Part shown: piece by piece, positions 1 to 9,225 of the stretch
How the letters are laid out: each line of letters begins with the position of its first letter
Numbering within the stretch: the stretch's first letter is position 1
NCBI GenBank assembly: GCA_963748825.1
Contig: CAVVKN010000014.1
Span: 1-30,126, forward strand
Reading direction: 5' to 3'
Source of the DNA: Methanotrichaceae archaeon
Lineage (GTDB): Archaea; Halobacteriota; Methanosarcinia; Methanotrichales; Methanotrichaceae
DNA: 30,126 bases
The notes under the pieces: model-generated
The model's database searches: none
What the model saw: only the letters and a program-made list of their open reading frames with translations
Told to the model about the DNA's origin: nothing
Program-made: the position numbers and the translations under genes

Positions 1-2
1 AA

Positions 3-87
3 TGCGGGAGACGGGATTCGAACCCGCGAACGCCTGCGCGACAGGGCCCTCAACCCTGCTCCTTTGACCTGGCTTGGAAACCCCCGC
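3..87 (-). tRNA. tRNA-Leu (anticodon GAG)
   Basis: Reverse complement reads GCGGGGG...CAGGG-TTGAGGG-CCCTG (anticodon arm), a long variable arm, a GGTTCGAATCC T-loop and acceptor end CTCCCGC-A. CCA is not encoded. Confidence 0.95.
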
Positions 88-136
88 TCGAAATGGGTGT
101 GTAGATCGGACTCCTGCTGAGCCGATCCTTATGATT

Positions 137-931
137 CTAAGCTAGCTCTGCCAGCTTTGCGTCTAAGTCCTCTGCCCTCATCTTGATCTCTTCAGCCGCC
201 TTCGCCACCAGATCCTTGACGGGCAAAGTGCCGCTGCTTTCAATGGACACCACGAATGAGTCCATAATGGGCGAGAGCTTAATGGCCCCCGGCTCGCACG
301 CATCAACACAGAGCTTGCACAGGGAGCATTCCAGTATATTTGTAGTTTTCGCTCGGCCGCCAACCACTGTCAGGAGGTTTCTGGGACAGACCTCAACGCA
401 CTTTCCGCATCCATCGCAGGAATCAGCCACCACTATGCAGGGCTGATTCTTGTAGCCGCACAGCGTGCCAGCCTGCCACTTGGAGTGCTCTTTGCCTACA
501 TGCTTGGTGGCATAGCCCTCAATGACCAGCTTCTCACCCTCTCCTAAGATGACGATGGGAATTTTGTCGAAAGCGGGCTTGACACCTGGATCGGCGAACT
601 GAATGTCTTCGGAGTAGACCATGCCCGGCCCTTCCGAGGAGAGCATGAACTCCACACGACAGCCGGGACAGCCGGTTCCGCCGCACTGGCAATCCTCCGG
701 CTGGGAGAAGATATCCAGATCCTCAGCCTGCAAGGGCACCTCTCCTAAGCGCAGTCCAATCTGCTCATCGAAGAGCACCGATGTGTTGTCATAGAGACCA
801 ATCTCGTCTATGGCCAGCACAGGCACTTCACTCATGCAGGCGCGACGAATGCCGTTGGCAAAAGCAGCGGTGACGCCGCTGAGGAGGTACCGGATGCGGT
901 CCTCCTCGAGCTGCAGCAATTCAAACTTCAA
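137..931 (-). CDS. rpoD: DNA-directed RNA polymerase subunit D (Rpo3) with ferredoxin-like Fe-S domain
   Basis: ANGIRRACMSEVP, NTSVLFDEQIGLRLG and EHSKWQ motifs; two CxxCxxCxxxCP/E clusters; position after rps11. Confidence 0.96.
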   Translation of the reverse strand: MKFELLQLEEDRIRYLLSGVTAAFANGIRRACMSEVPVLAIDEIGLYDNTSVLFDEQIGLRLGEVPLQAEDLDIFSQPEDCQCGGTGCPGCRVEFMLSSEGPGMVYSEDIQFADPGVKPAFDKIPIVILGEGEKLVIEGYATKHVGKEHSKWQAGTLCGYKNQPCIVVADSCDGCGKCVEVCPRNLLTVVGGRAKTTNILECSLCKLCVDACEPGAIKLSPIMDSFVVSIESSGTLPVKDLVAKAAEEIKMRAEDLDAKLAELA

Positions 932-934
932 ACT

Positions 935-1324
935 CTACACCCTTCGACCCCTCTTTCCGCCGGCAGGCTTGGTGCCGTCGTGGGGTATGGGGGTTGCATC
1001 CTCTATTCTGCCAATGCGCAGGCCCGCGCGAGCAAGAGCACGTATGGCTGCCTGAGCTCCTGGCCCAGGAGACCTCTGCTTGTTGCCGCCGGGAGCGCGC
1101 ACTTTAACGTGAACCCCGACAATCCCCTTGTCTTTCACAGCGTCAGCGACCTGCATGGCCATCTGCATGGCTGTGTAGGGACTACTCTCGTCTCTGGCCG
1201 CCTTTACCACCATGCCGCCCGAGATCTTCGCCAATGTCTCGGCTCCGGTCACGTCGGTGATGGTGATAAGCGTGTTGTTAAAGGACGAGTAAATATGGGC
1301 AATGCCCCATTTTCCTTCTGCCAT
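935..1324 (-). CDS. rps11: 30S ribosomal protein uS11
   Basis: [13 protein letters not shown]...[13 protein letters not shown]...TPIPHDG. Start moved to ATG 1324 (MAEGKW), which has GGTGGGTG upstream. Confidence 0.97.
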   Translation of the reverse strand: MAEGKWGIAHIYSSFNNTLITITDVTGAETLAKISGGMVVKAARDESSPYTAMQMAMQVADAVKDKGIVGVHVKVRAPGGNKQRSPGPGAQAAIRALARAGLRIGRIEDATPIPHDGTKPAGGKRGRRV

Positions 1325-1325
1325 T

Positions 1326-1862
1326 TTAAGCACCCACCTTGGATGTTCGGGATGCCCTCTCTGGATGGCCTTCCTTGGCCATTGGGGAACCCATGTAATA
1401 ATCAATGCTCATTTCCTCGCCCCGCTTTACCAGAAATCCCGGAACGTCAACTCTGCGCCCGGAGACCTGGATATGGCCGTGAACTATGAACTGCCGGGAC
1501 TGCTTCAAGGAATTGGCGAGACCCTGGCGGTAGACCTGCGTCTGCAGTCTCCTCTCCAAAACGTCGGCAACCTTCATGGAAAGGACTGCGTCGAGATCTC
1601 CTTCCGTTTTGAGCATTCCCAGCCTCTTTAAGCGAGCGAGAATGGCTTCTGCCTCTTGGGGTGCCTGACCGATGGAGACGGCTGCGAGCATCTTTCTGCT
1701 GATCTGCCTGTACTTCCGAAGAAATGCCTGAGCTTTCCACAGTTCCCTCTTGTTTCTAAGGCCAAAGGCCTTGACGACCTCTACTTCCCCAGCGATGCGC
1801 TCCGCCTGCCAGGGAGTGCGGGGCCGCTCGTACATCTTGCGGCTCTTACCTGGATATCCCAT
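1326..1862 (-). CDS. rps4: 30S ribosomal protein uS4
   Basis: [32 protein letters not shown]...RQFIVHGHI (S4 domain). Confidence 0.97.
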   Translation of the reverse strand: MGYPGKSRKMYERPRTPWQAERIAGEVEVVKAFGLRNKRELWKAQAFLRKYRQISRKMLAAVSIGQAPQEAEAILARLKRLGMLKTEGDLDAVLSMKVADVLERRLQTQVYRQGLANSLKQSRQFIVHGHIQVSGRRVDVPGFLVKRGEEMSIDYYMGSPMAKEGHPERASRTSKVGA

Positions 1863-1872
1863 TGTTTACCAC

Positions 1873-2424
1873 CTACTCCTTGGTTGCAGCTGGTGCTGCG
1901 GCTGGTGTTCCTTCCTTCTTGCGGCTGACACCAACGATGGCGCCCGTGCGTCCGGAAGATCTGGTCCTCTGGCCTCGGACACGCAGTCCTCTCTCGTGCC
2001 TGATGCCCTTGTAGCTCCTCATCTTCTTCATGAGGTCCAGGTCTTCGCGTAGCGTCATGTTGAGGTCCATGGCCATAACGTGGATATCAGTGCCGGTTTC
2101 GATATCACCGCGGCGGTTGACCATCCAGACAGGCAGGACATTGGTGGCGTCCTCCTCGATGACCTTCTTGAGCTTGTCGATCTCCGAATCGGGAAGTAGG
2201 CCCAGTGTGGCATTGGGATCCACGCCTGCCTTATCGGTAAAGACCTTGGCGCATCTGCGGCCCACACCTTTGATGCCCGTCAGGGCCATGTGAACCTGCT
2301 GCTTTCCGACCAGGTCTGTATTTAGAATGCGAACTATGTATCTGAGATTTTCATCTACAGCGGCCTTCTTAGGCTTCTCATCAGCCTTTTTAGGCTTCTC
2401 TTTTCCTGCATTTGGTTTAGCCAA
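1873..2424 (-). CDS. rps13: 30S ribosomal protein uS13
   Basis: ALTGIKGVG, SYKGIRHERGLRVRGQRTRS. TTG start with GGAGG 5' of it. Confidence 0.97.
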   Translation of the reverse strand: MAKPNAGKEKPKKADEKPKKAAVDENLRYIVRILNTDLVGKQQVHMALTGIKGVGRRCAKVFTDKAGVDPNATLGLLPDSEIDKLKKVIEEDATNVLPVWMVNRRGDIETGTDIHVMAMDLNMTLREDLDLMKKMRSYKGIRHERGLRVRGQRTRSSGRTGAIVGVSRKKEGTPAAAPAATKE

Positions 2425-2452
2425 GTTTGTCCTCCAGGGAGTTTAAATCCAC

Positions 2453-2516
2453 TGGATCAGCCCCGGGTCAGAGCCCGACGCCGCCCGCTCACCACGTTGG
2501 GGGGCGAAATAATCCA
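2453..2516 (-). promoter_or_regulatory. Candidate structured 5' leader of the rps13-rps4-rps11-rpoD operon
   Basis: TATA-like TTTTATA at about 2551-2545 on the minus strand. The downstream GC-rich leader can form nested stems UGGAUUA/UGAUCCA, GCCCC/GGGGC and GUCGG/CUGAC. Confidence 0.35.
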
Positions 2517-2972
2517 TTGAACCAAAGTGATGCTATGCTCCTCGTATAAAAGACTTATGAGGATTTTAGCTCGATCTGCGTTTTCCCGACACCATTCGCG
2601 CAGGGCCTCTTCCTCACGATGGCTTTCGAAATCGTACCATTTCTCCAATAGATCCCTGTGCTCCAGAAGGTCTTTGAACCTGCGGTAAGCTCCGCGATTG
2701 CTGAAGATCTCCTGGACGCGGTCGAAGTCGTTCGGCATTTGCTATTCTACAAATTCGAAGACAAGGCTCTGGCCTAAATCAAGGTCATTCTTATGGGGGA
2801 TCACGACGAAATTGTCACAGTCGAATTCGTCTTCATCCAGCTCATCGAAGACTCCATCTTCGGAATGGTAATATATTTCACCGTTATCCTGACAGAGGAC
2901 CGCTCTATTCATCCCGTATCCGTCTGAACTTACGAATAGGAATGCATCATGAATCTCGTCGAATGTAGCCAT
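2457..2972 (-). pseudogene. UPF0158-family protein interrupted by an in-frame TAG
   Basis: ORFs 2742..2972 and 2457..2738 are in the same frame (…FVE*QMPND…). Motifs IPHKNDLDLG, GAYRRFKDLL and EWCREN are typical of UPF0158. The C-terminus runs on into the rps13 promoter. Confidence 0.7.
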
Positions 2973-3047
2973 CTGGATCTATCCTCGCCGATTTCTCTCT
3001 TTTCGCTGCTGCATCTGCAAGCTATTCACGGGAAGGCAGGAGGCTGC

Positions 3048-3467
3048 TCAATTTATATTTTTCGGCATTTTGAGCTTTAGCTTTGGTTTCTTGGGTGGTT
3101 TGCCAGAAGCCGGAGTTGACATACTTTCCTCAAGCTTGGCTTTCTTGGCCGCAAGCTCTGCTTTCCTGGTCGAAAGCACGATTAGCTCTTGCTCTATTTC
3201 AGCTATCTCTTTCTTGATTTTCTGCAGCTCAATTTTGCCCCTGGCTTTTGCCAGGTATTCCGGTCCCAGCTCGGATGTGATGTATTCTTCAAGCTGGCGT
3301 CTTAGAATCCTGATAAAAGGACTGCCCCATACGGATGAATAGCGGAATTCAAGTTTGCCGGCCTCTATGCCTTTGATGATGAATTCCTGATCCACCTTGT
3401 ACTCTTTCCTTGCCGTTTTATCGCTGAGCGACGCGCCCTTTCGATTCCATTCACCGTATTCGGCCAT
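3048..3467 (-). CDS. Hypothetical protein with a C-terminal coiled coil and Lys-rich tail
   Basis: 139 aa ORF with GAGAGGA RBS and plausible protein composition. Family not recognised. Confidence 0.75.
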   Translation of the reverse strand: MAEYGEWNRKGASLSDKTARKEYKVDQEFIIKGIEAGKLEFRYSSVWGSPFIRILRRQLEEYITSELGPEYLAKARGKIELQKIKKEIAEIEQELIVLSTRKAELAAKKAKLEESMSTPASGKPPKKPKLKLKMPKNIN

Positions 3468-3487
3468 TTATCCTCTCACAGCGCAAG

Positions 3488-3694
3488 TTAGCTTCTGGGC
3501 TTCGCCATTTCTCTTATCCTTTTTGAATCCGCCTCAATCTTGTCCAGCAATGGACTGTCCTTGAGGGCACCGAAGTACAGAGAAAGGTCCGTTCTATCTT
3601 TCTCGCCTTTGGACACCGCATCTATCCGGGATATGCTCCTGCAAATTCGCCGGTCATAAGATGCGTCCTTATCCTGATAGTCTGATGTAGGCAT
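3488..3694 (-). pseudogene. Degenerate archaeal VapB-like antitoxin (orphan)
   Basis: C-terminal LSLYFGALKDSPLLDKIEADSKRIRE resembles small archaeal antitoxins. The N-terminal half looks scrambled and no toxin is adjacent. Confidence 0.4.
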
Positions 3695-4040
3695 GATCTT
3701 TCACTCCGGCAGACGAGTCGCCAGGAAAACTTCGGCAAGCATGAATCTCGTAGACGAAGACGCCTTCTTTTACTGCCGGATCTTCGTCCATGATCGATTT
3801 TACTTCGTCGATATCTGCATTAAAGATTCCGACACCCGATACATTGCTTTCATCAAAGACCGGGCAGACAATCGATAGCAATCCTTCACCTCGTAGAGCG
3901 AAATTCCTTCTCCCGTGCTCCCAGATGATCTTTTCCACTCCGGGCTTGTTCCGGTTCGGCCCGGCCTTTAGAATTACGACGCAGTAGTTCCTGGTGCGGG
4001 AGATCATTTGCCGCATGAACTCGTCGGTAATTTCTGTCAT
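3669..4040 (-). CDS. YciI-like (dimeric alpha/beta barrel) protein
   Basis: IIWEHGRRNF…GVGIFNAD…IMDEDPAVKEGVFVYEIH pattern. Probable start ATG 4040 (MTEITD) after GAGGTG. Confidence 0.65.
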   Translation of the reverse strand: MTEITDEFMRQMISRTRNYCVVILKAGPNRNKPGVEKIIWEHGRRNFALRGEGLLSIVCPVFDESNVSGVGIFNADIDEVKSIMDEDPAVKEGVFVYEIHACRSFPGDSSAGVKDHAYIRLSG

Positions 4041-4213
4041 GTGAATGAGCACCTCAAGCGAGACGATAATCTAACATTTGCATCAAAGATCTGGTCTCAA
4101 TCAATATATCTAATTTGGCTGAAATCAATGAGCTAGGGTGCAATTTGTGTCGCATCCGTTCCCGATGGACTCTTGCTAGCTGCAAATCACAAGAATGCAC
4201 ACCCTCCGACTTC

Positions 4214-4665
4214 CTAGCCTAACGGTTTCTGCACCGCCCACAGCGTGAACGTCCCCTGGAAGCCCTTCATGGCCGCGCCATCGTGCCGCTGCCATCTTAA
4301 CCGCTTGTGCTGTCCGGCACCGAGCCGATCGATATCTTCTTTGGCTCGATTGCTGAGCCAGACTTCTGCGCCGATGAAGGCTCCGATCACCCGTGAGGCG
4401 AAGTTCACTTGCCGCCAAACACATCGCCTTCCTCCACATGCATCGGCCCGATATGAATGCCGGCACGAATTTGTATCCTTTAAATTTAAACTGGGCGATC
4501 AGCATGCGACTCTATGCAAAGTGAGCACAGCGGACAAGGTTCAAGGCATTGTATTTGATTTTTTGGCACGGTACAGTCGAGCCGACAACATCTATGAACA
4601 CAATCGCCAGCGTGACCCAATCTCCGCCAGCCCATTCCTGGAAGCTCCTCGTGCTCGTCTCACCT
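4214..4665 (-). pseudogene. Decayed class III adenylate/guanylate cyclase domain
   Basis: Reading across frames gives VTLAIVFIDVVGST, an internal TAG, QIRAGIHIGPMHVEEGDVFGG, then VNFASRV…EVWLS…MKGF…LWAV. These are ordered class III cyclase motifs with a central deletion and frameshifts. Confidence 0.75.
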
Positions 4666-4672
4666 TCATTGA

Positions 4673-6655
4673 TCAGGCCCACTCTTTTGGAATTAGAGCA
4701 TCGCCGTCTCGCCAGCGTTCTACAAGATGGATATTATCGATACCTTCCCAAGCTATCTCATCAGCGTGCTCAATCACTATTATCTGCAATTTTCCCTTTG
4801 TTCTTATGATGCCAGCCGATAGGGCTTGAAAAATCTTTCGTGTCCGATTTAAATCATCGCTATTAGGCTTGTTTAAAGGCTCTTCCGGCTTTCTGGGATG
4901 GGGATCTAGTGGCCATCTTTCTGGAAAATATACTTGACTTGGTTGATCGATAATTAAAAATTGGGGAACGAAGTTCTTATGCAATGATATGAAATATTCA
5001 TGCAAAGCCAAAAGTGTTGATATGTGATAACCCATCCAGTTAGCTCCACTTCCAATTTCCCATAGGAAATCCTTTCTGTTTTTATCTGATTGGATTCTCA
5101 CAGTTAAGTTAGTAGTATCGATTAAAACTAAATCATTTTGGTGTTCTACCTGAAGTATCTGAGCATAATATGATATAACCTTTGATATTTGATTGATCAC
5201 CAATTCCAGGCGTCTTTTTTCTCCAATAGGATCAAGTTGTGATTTGATGTTTTGAATTTCGTACTTTAGATTATCTACTTCTTTTGCCAAACCGCTATCA
5301 GATTGTACTTCAGAAATATTATTAAGTGATTGCTCAAGGCGACCAACAAACCGATATACTTCATATACCGATTGTCTATTCGCACTTTCTTCAAGGAATT
5401 CTCTTTGAATTCTTGTATCTTTTAAAATATTTTCTAAATCTCTTAATTCTCTTTTAAGATTGCTAATCTCTTTATCTAAAATAGGAAATGTATTTTTTAC
5501 CTGACTGGAAGAACCAAGAATCTCATTACTAAGACTAATAAGTTCTTTGAGGTTCACTAAGGCTAATTCATTTCTCGACCCGCAGAAAGGACAGGATGGA
5601 TTTTCACTCAATTTATCTGAAAACCAATTGGCTCCTTCTAATCTATGTTGTTGGATTATTAGTGCGGATTCATAGTTCTTTTCTGCCATAAAGAGTCTAT
5701 GCATTTTAGATAATTTATTTCGGCGAATTTCAATTTCGTGAGCAACTTCATCCTCTTTTCGTTTTAATTCGGTTAACCAATCAACAGATCGCTCTGTATT
5801 ACCCTCTTCAATTTCGGGCAAATATAGTTTTGAGATATATTGTGGTATAGATTTTAAGTAATTGAGGTATTCTTGCAGCGAAGATCCTACCATACTAAAG
5901 GAATCGGGCGCATCAGGCAATAAACCTAATTCTTTGCCATAAGAATAAAAAGCCTTAATATTAGCCAACCAAGCATCGACTGCAACTTTCTTGGCATCCA
6001 ATTCTTTTTGTTTAATCTTAAGAATTTTTTCTGAATCTTTTAATTCTCTCTTCAATTTCAAAACTTTATTATCAATAATACCTAATACTAAAGGGAATAT
6101 TGTTTTTAATTTTTCTTGATGTTCGAATGTGTCTGCCTTAAAAAATAAGGTATATGGATTGGCAATAATATGCTGAGGCTGAAATTCGAATGCACTCATA
6201 TCACGAATGCTTGGAGGATTTTTAAAAGAAGTCTGTATATCTGCATCTTCAAAATCCAAATTAGATAAACCGGATAACTCATTGAGTCTGCTTTTAACGG
6301 CATCAGTGTTGCATATTTTGTATGGTCGACGAATTTCTTTTATTGATATCGATTCGTGCATATACATGTCTGATGTTTGATCTTGATCTCCTGGCTCTCT
6401 TCTTGCGAGAAGCATTTGCGTAAAACCTAAATCGATTAGTATTTCGAACCATTCAACAGTATCTCTTATAGTGCGTACGGGTATTGCGCATTTATTGCTG
6501 CCTAAGCAATAGTCTATTATAGGTATAAGTGCTGATTTTCCTGTTTGACTTTGTCCTGTAATGACATTAACTTTGTCCGTTTCGAATTTTATTTCGCGCT
6601 TATCTTTTGAAGTATCTTTTGGCCATAGAATAATAGATTTAATTTTCATTTCCAT
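4673..6655 (-). CDS. Lamassu/ABC-3C SMC-like ATPase (DUF3732, LmuB-like)
   Basis: Walker A ITGQSQTGKS, long coiled coils, central CPFC zinc-hook, EIGSGANWMGYH signature, IIDQPSQVYFP Walker B and IEH H-loop. Start ATG 6655 after AGGTGG. Confidence 0.88.
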   Translation of the reverse strand: MEMKIKSIILWPKDTSKDKREIKFETDKVNVITGQSQTGKSALIPIIDYCLGSNKCAIPVRTIRDTVEWFEILIDLGFTQMLLARREPGDQDQTSDMYMHESISIKEIRRPYKICNTDAVKSRLNELSGLSNLDFEDADIQTSFKNPPSIRDMSAFEFQPQHIIANPYTLFFKADTFEHQEKLKTIFPLVLGIIDNKVLKLKRELKDSEKILKIKQKELDAKKVAVDAWLANIKAFYSYGKELGLLPDAPDSFSMVGSSLQEYLNYLKSIPQYISKLYLPEIEEGNTERSVDWLTELKRKEDEVAHEIEIRRNKLSKMHRLFMAEKNYESALIIQQHRLEGANWFSDKLSENPSCPFCGSRNELALVNLKELISLSNEILGSSSQVKNTFPILDKEISNLKRELRDLENILKDTRIQREFLEESANRQSVYEVYRFVGRLEQSLNNISEVQSDSGLAKEVDNLKYEIQNIKSQLDPIGEKRRLELVINQISKVISYYAQILQVEHQNDLVLIDTTNLTVRIQSDKNRKDFLWEIGSGANWMGYHISTLLALHEYFISLHKNFVPQFLIIDQPSQVYFPERWPLDPHPRKPEEPLNKPNSDDLNRTRKIFQALSAGIIRTKGKLQIIVIEHADEIAWEGIDNIHLVERWRDGDALIPKEWA

Positions 6656-6660
6656 ATGTG

Positions 6661-7143
6661 CTACCACCTGACTTTTAAATAGAGGCCAATTTGCTCAAAG
6701 CTTAACTCAGAGAACCAAAGTCCCAATCTTTGCGATGCACGAATAATCTTATTTGTCTCATCATTGTACAACCGGATGGACGGAGGTTTTTGTTTTGGAA
6801 TAATTTGGGTATTTAAATTATTATACTCCAAAATACCTGATGCAAATGCTAGATTTAATGATCGTAATGTTTTTTCAGCCATTGCTTCCATACGCTGCTG
6901 AAGACCTACCTGGATAATTTTATCCTCTGTGATTGCCCTATAAAATCCACCTACTTTATGTCTTTTGTATATCAACGATACAGTTTCTTTATGTAGAACC
7001 ATAGGTAATACTGGCATTAAGAGAGGCAAAGTTGGGCCATATTTCTTTTCGTTGTTTTTATAAAATTCGTAACTAAAATTCCATAACGCTAAGGCACCAA
7101 GAGCATAATTCTGGACGATATCATATTCTTTTATATTTCTCAT
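6661..7143 (-). CDS. ABC-3C middle component (LmuC-like)
   Basis: 160 aa with QNYALGALALW…LPMVLH…RLGLWF. Lies between the effector and the ATPase, with an ATGA overlap at 7140-7143. Confidence 0.82.
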   Translation of the reverse strand: MRNIKEYDIVQNYALGALALWNFSYEFYKNNEKKYGPTLPLLMPVLPMVLHKETVSLIYKRHKVGGFYRAITEDKIIQVGLQQRMEAMAEKTLRSLNLAFASGILEYNNLNTQIIPKQKPPSIRLYNDETNKIIRASQRLGLWFSELSFEQIGLYLKVRW

Positions 7144-8324
7144 TTATATCCTCTTCGCCTTAGTTCATTTTTATAATCTGGATGCCATCCTATTGTCAAG
7201 TCATCAGCGAGTTTATGATAAGTTCCCCTTGTCAAATAATATTCTACTGTCTGTTGATCGACCAAAATTTCTCTATGATCAAGTGTTTTATAATAGATAT
7301 CTTTACCTATTGATTTTTCATCATCTTGTTGTGTTTTTCCTATCTTGCACTTAAGTTCTCTAGAAATATTTTTCCATCTATCTTCTAAACGATCTTCAAA
7401 AGCATCAATATCCTTGTCAGTAATAGACCCCTCATCAGCAAACCTAGTTAACTCATGTTTTGAACATAGATAATCAGTTATTGCCTCGATGATCTCATTA
7501 TCATCTTCAATAGATAATATTATTAGTTGATTTATAAAATCTTTCCCCAAATAGTTTCCTTTATCAATGTCTAATATTGGGACCAAATCTCTCTGTGTTC
7601 TCTCCCTAAAGAGTTTATTATTATATCTTGATACAATTTTAATATAACTAATGGCAAAATCTTTTTTGGTTATCCAAGCAGGTTCATTTGTTTTCCATAA
7701 ATTCATTACTCTTGTATGCATCCATCCCAATACATCGTTAATAATATCATCTGATGGTAATTCCGTGGATATATTTAGGGTTGCAGCAATAGTTGATCTA
7801 AACTCTTTTCCATCATTCGTATCGGTATTGGTATAATATATCCTTTTAATTAGCTCTTCTAATGTATTTTCTTCACACGATGTCACCACATTTGCAAAAG
7901 GAGCTATGCTTTCAGAGGGGGATTTTCCGATTTCCTTCAATTCATTTATACATTGCCGAATCTCTTTTTCATCTTTTTCTATTTTGCCAATCTTCGTAGC
8001 TAAGCCTTCAGGTATTTTTTTGTTTGTAACTAAATAAAATTCTGTTTTATTAATGTCTACCTTTTTTTCATTTATTGCGTCCACCCATATCTTCAGGGTT
8101 TTCCAAAGACCTTCACTCCGATCTGCAAAAGGGTTTCCTTTTATTGAGCATTTATCTTGTTCAATAATTGTTTTACCTTTTTCTTTTTTCGTTACATCAT
8201 CATCGGTTTCAATGCCTACTTTAGCTTCATAATCTCCACTCTTCGCTAACCAGTATAATGCACGATCAAGCTGAAAAAAGTAACCATAAGCTTGGCCTGG
8301 TGCTGCATGGTTCGACCTTGTAAT
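7140..8324 (-). CDS. Lamassu effector LmuA-like: Cap4-type PD-(D/E)xK nuclease plus ABC-3C C-terminal domain
   Basis: The frame stays open 80 codons upstream of the listed 8084 start: HAAPGQAYGYFFQ…VGIETDDDV…EQDK…NPFADRSEGLWKTLKIW. C-terminus RGTYHKLADDLTIGWHPDY. No canonical in-frame start; ATT at 8324 follows GAGGTG. Confidence 0.82.
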   Translation of the reverse strand: MTRSNHAAPGQAYGYFFQLDRALYWLAKSGDYEAKVGIETDDDVTKKEKGKTIIEQDKCSIKGNPFADRSEGLWKTLKIWVDAINEKKVDINKTEFYLVTNKKIPEGLATKIGKIEKDEKEIRQCINELKEIGKSPSESIAPFANVVTSCEENTLEELIKRIYYTNTDTNDGKEFRSTIAATLNISTELPSDDIINDVLGWMHTRVMNLWKTNEPAWITKKDFAISYIKIVSRYNNKLFRERTQRDLVPILDIDKGNYLGKDFINQLIILSIEDDNEIIEAITDYLCSKHELTRFADEGSITDKDIDAFEDRLEDRWKNISRELKCKIGKTQQDDEKSIGKDIYYKTLDHREILVDQQTVEYYLTRGTYHKLADDLTIGWHPDYKNELRRRGYK

Positions 8325-8545
8325 TTTTCCACCTCTTTTATTATTAAATATGGATTTAGAAGGACTTAATTCAAGTTCCTTCTAGAAATATTTAAATCTT
8401 TTTAGATTCCTTTACTCATTTTAAATTGAATATCCCCATAGATTGCATTAGGTACGCTTTTAGACTCTAAGAGGCAGGATGGGTCCTAAGAAGAAAACGA
8501 GTCACATGATCTCCCACACCCCACCAGCACCCACCTCCATACCAT

Positions 8546-8770
8546 CCCATCCCCTCCATCTGCCGAAAAATCCAGGATAGCTCACATCCACTGCCTCAGC
8601 CGTATCGATCCGCGTCCCTCCCCACCAATCCCGCCACTGTCAGCGCCATGACAATCCGGTGCTTTTGGCCGTGCACGCTGGCCCCCTTGCAGCTTTCCGC
8701 CAGCGACAGCCTAGGCCCGCCCGGCCGCTCCCGGCCCCTGCCATGCGGGCCAGGCTTCTCGGCCATGGCA
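8546..8770 (-). repeat. Degenerate copy of the aroA 3' end (copy C)
   Basis: Aligns by eye with about 11670-11890, e.g. CATCTGCCGAA.AATCC.GGATAG..ACATCCAC.GCCTCAGCCGTATCGATC and GCCGTGCAC..TGGCCCC…GCAGCTTTCCGCC. Confidence 0.85.
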
Positions 8771-8855
8771 CGACCTTTGATCAGCTACAGGCCGCCTTGC
8801 AGAGCGAATTGCTTGGCCGCAAGCTATATTCCATTATCAACGGGTTCTGCCTACG

Positions 8856-9089
8856 ATGAGGACGCTGAGTTATCGAATCACTCTTAGAAAAGAGCCAGAA
8901 GGAGGTTATACCGTGCTGGTCCCGGCGCTTCCGGGATGTGTCACCTACGGAAAAAAGGTAGAGGAGGCCATCGAGATGTCCAGGGATGCAATCACGGGTT
9001 ATGTGGAGAGCCTCATTGAGGATGGCGAGCCCATTCCCATGGAGGACGACCCGATCGAGTGCAGAGTAACTGTGGAGGCTCATGTCTAG
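8856..9089 (+). CDS. HicB-family antitoxin (orphan)
   Basis: EPEGGYTVLVPALPGCVTYG…EEAIEM…DAITGY…GEPIP. No recognisable hicA nearby. Confidence 0.85.
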   Translation: MRTLSYRITLRKEPEGGYTVLVPALPGCVTYGKKVEEAIEMSRDAITGYVESLIEDGEPIPMEDDPIECRVTVEAHV

Positions 9090-9146
9090 TATACAGCGAG
9101 GCTTAATTAAAGCCATTCATGGTTGTCTTCTTCGCGCCGATCACGG

Positions 9147-9185
9147 CTTCGCGTGAGATTCAGCAGGGTCCGGTTTCACGCGAAG
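9147..9185. repeat. 12-bp inverted repeat (REP-like element or terminator) between convergent hicB and vapC
   Basis: CTTCGCGTGAGA … TTTCACGCGAAG. Confidence 0.5.
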
Positions 9186-9225
9186 GCGCAAAGCCGATAC
9201 GTTGGTTTATATTGGCCCGGCTGTA

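Noticed and set aside
2742-2744. Pyrrolysine/amber read-through in the UPF0158 gene (and the TAG in the cyclase remnant)
   Set aside because: TAG is an ordinary stop for rpoD, rps11 and truD here, no pyl genes are in the window, and both cases sit in a decaying island. A point mutation is simpler.
9082-9156. hicA toxin overlapping the hicB stop
   Set aside because: The ATG opens only about 24 codons with no HicA motif.
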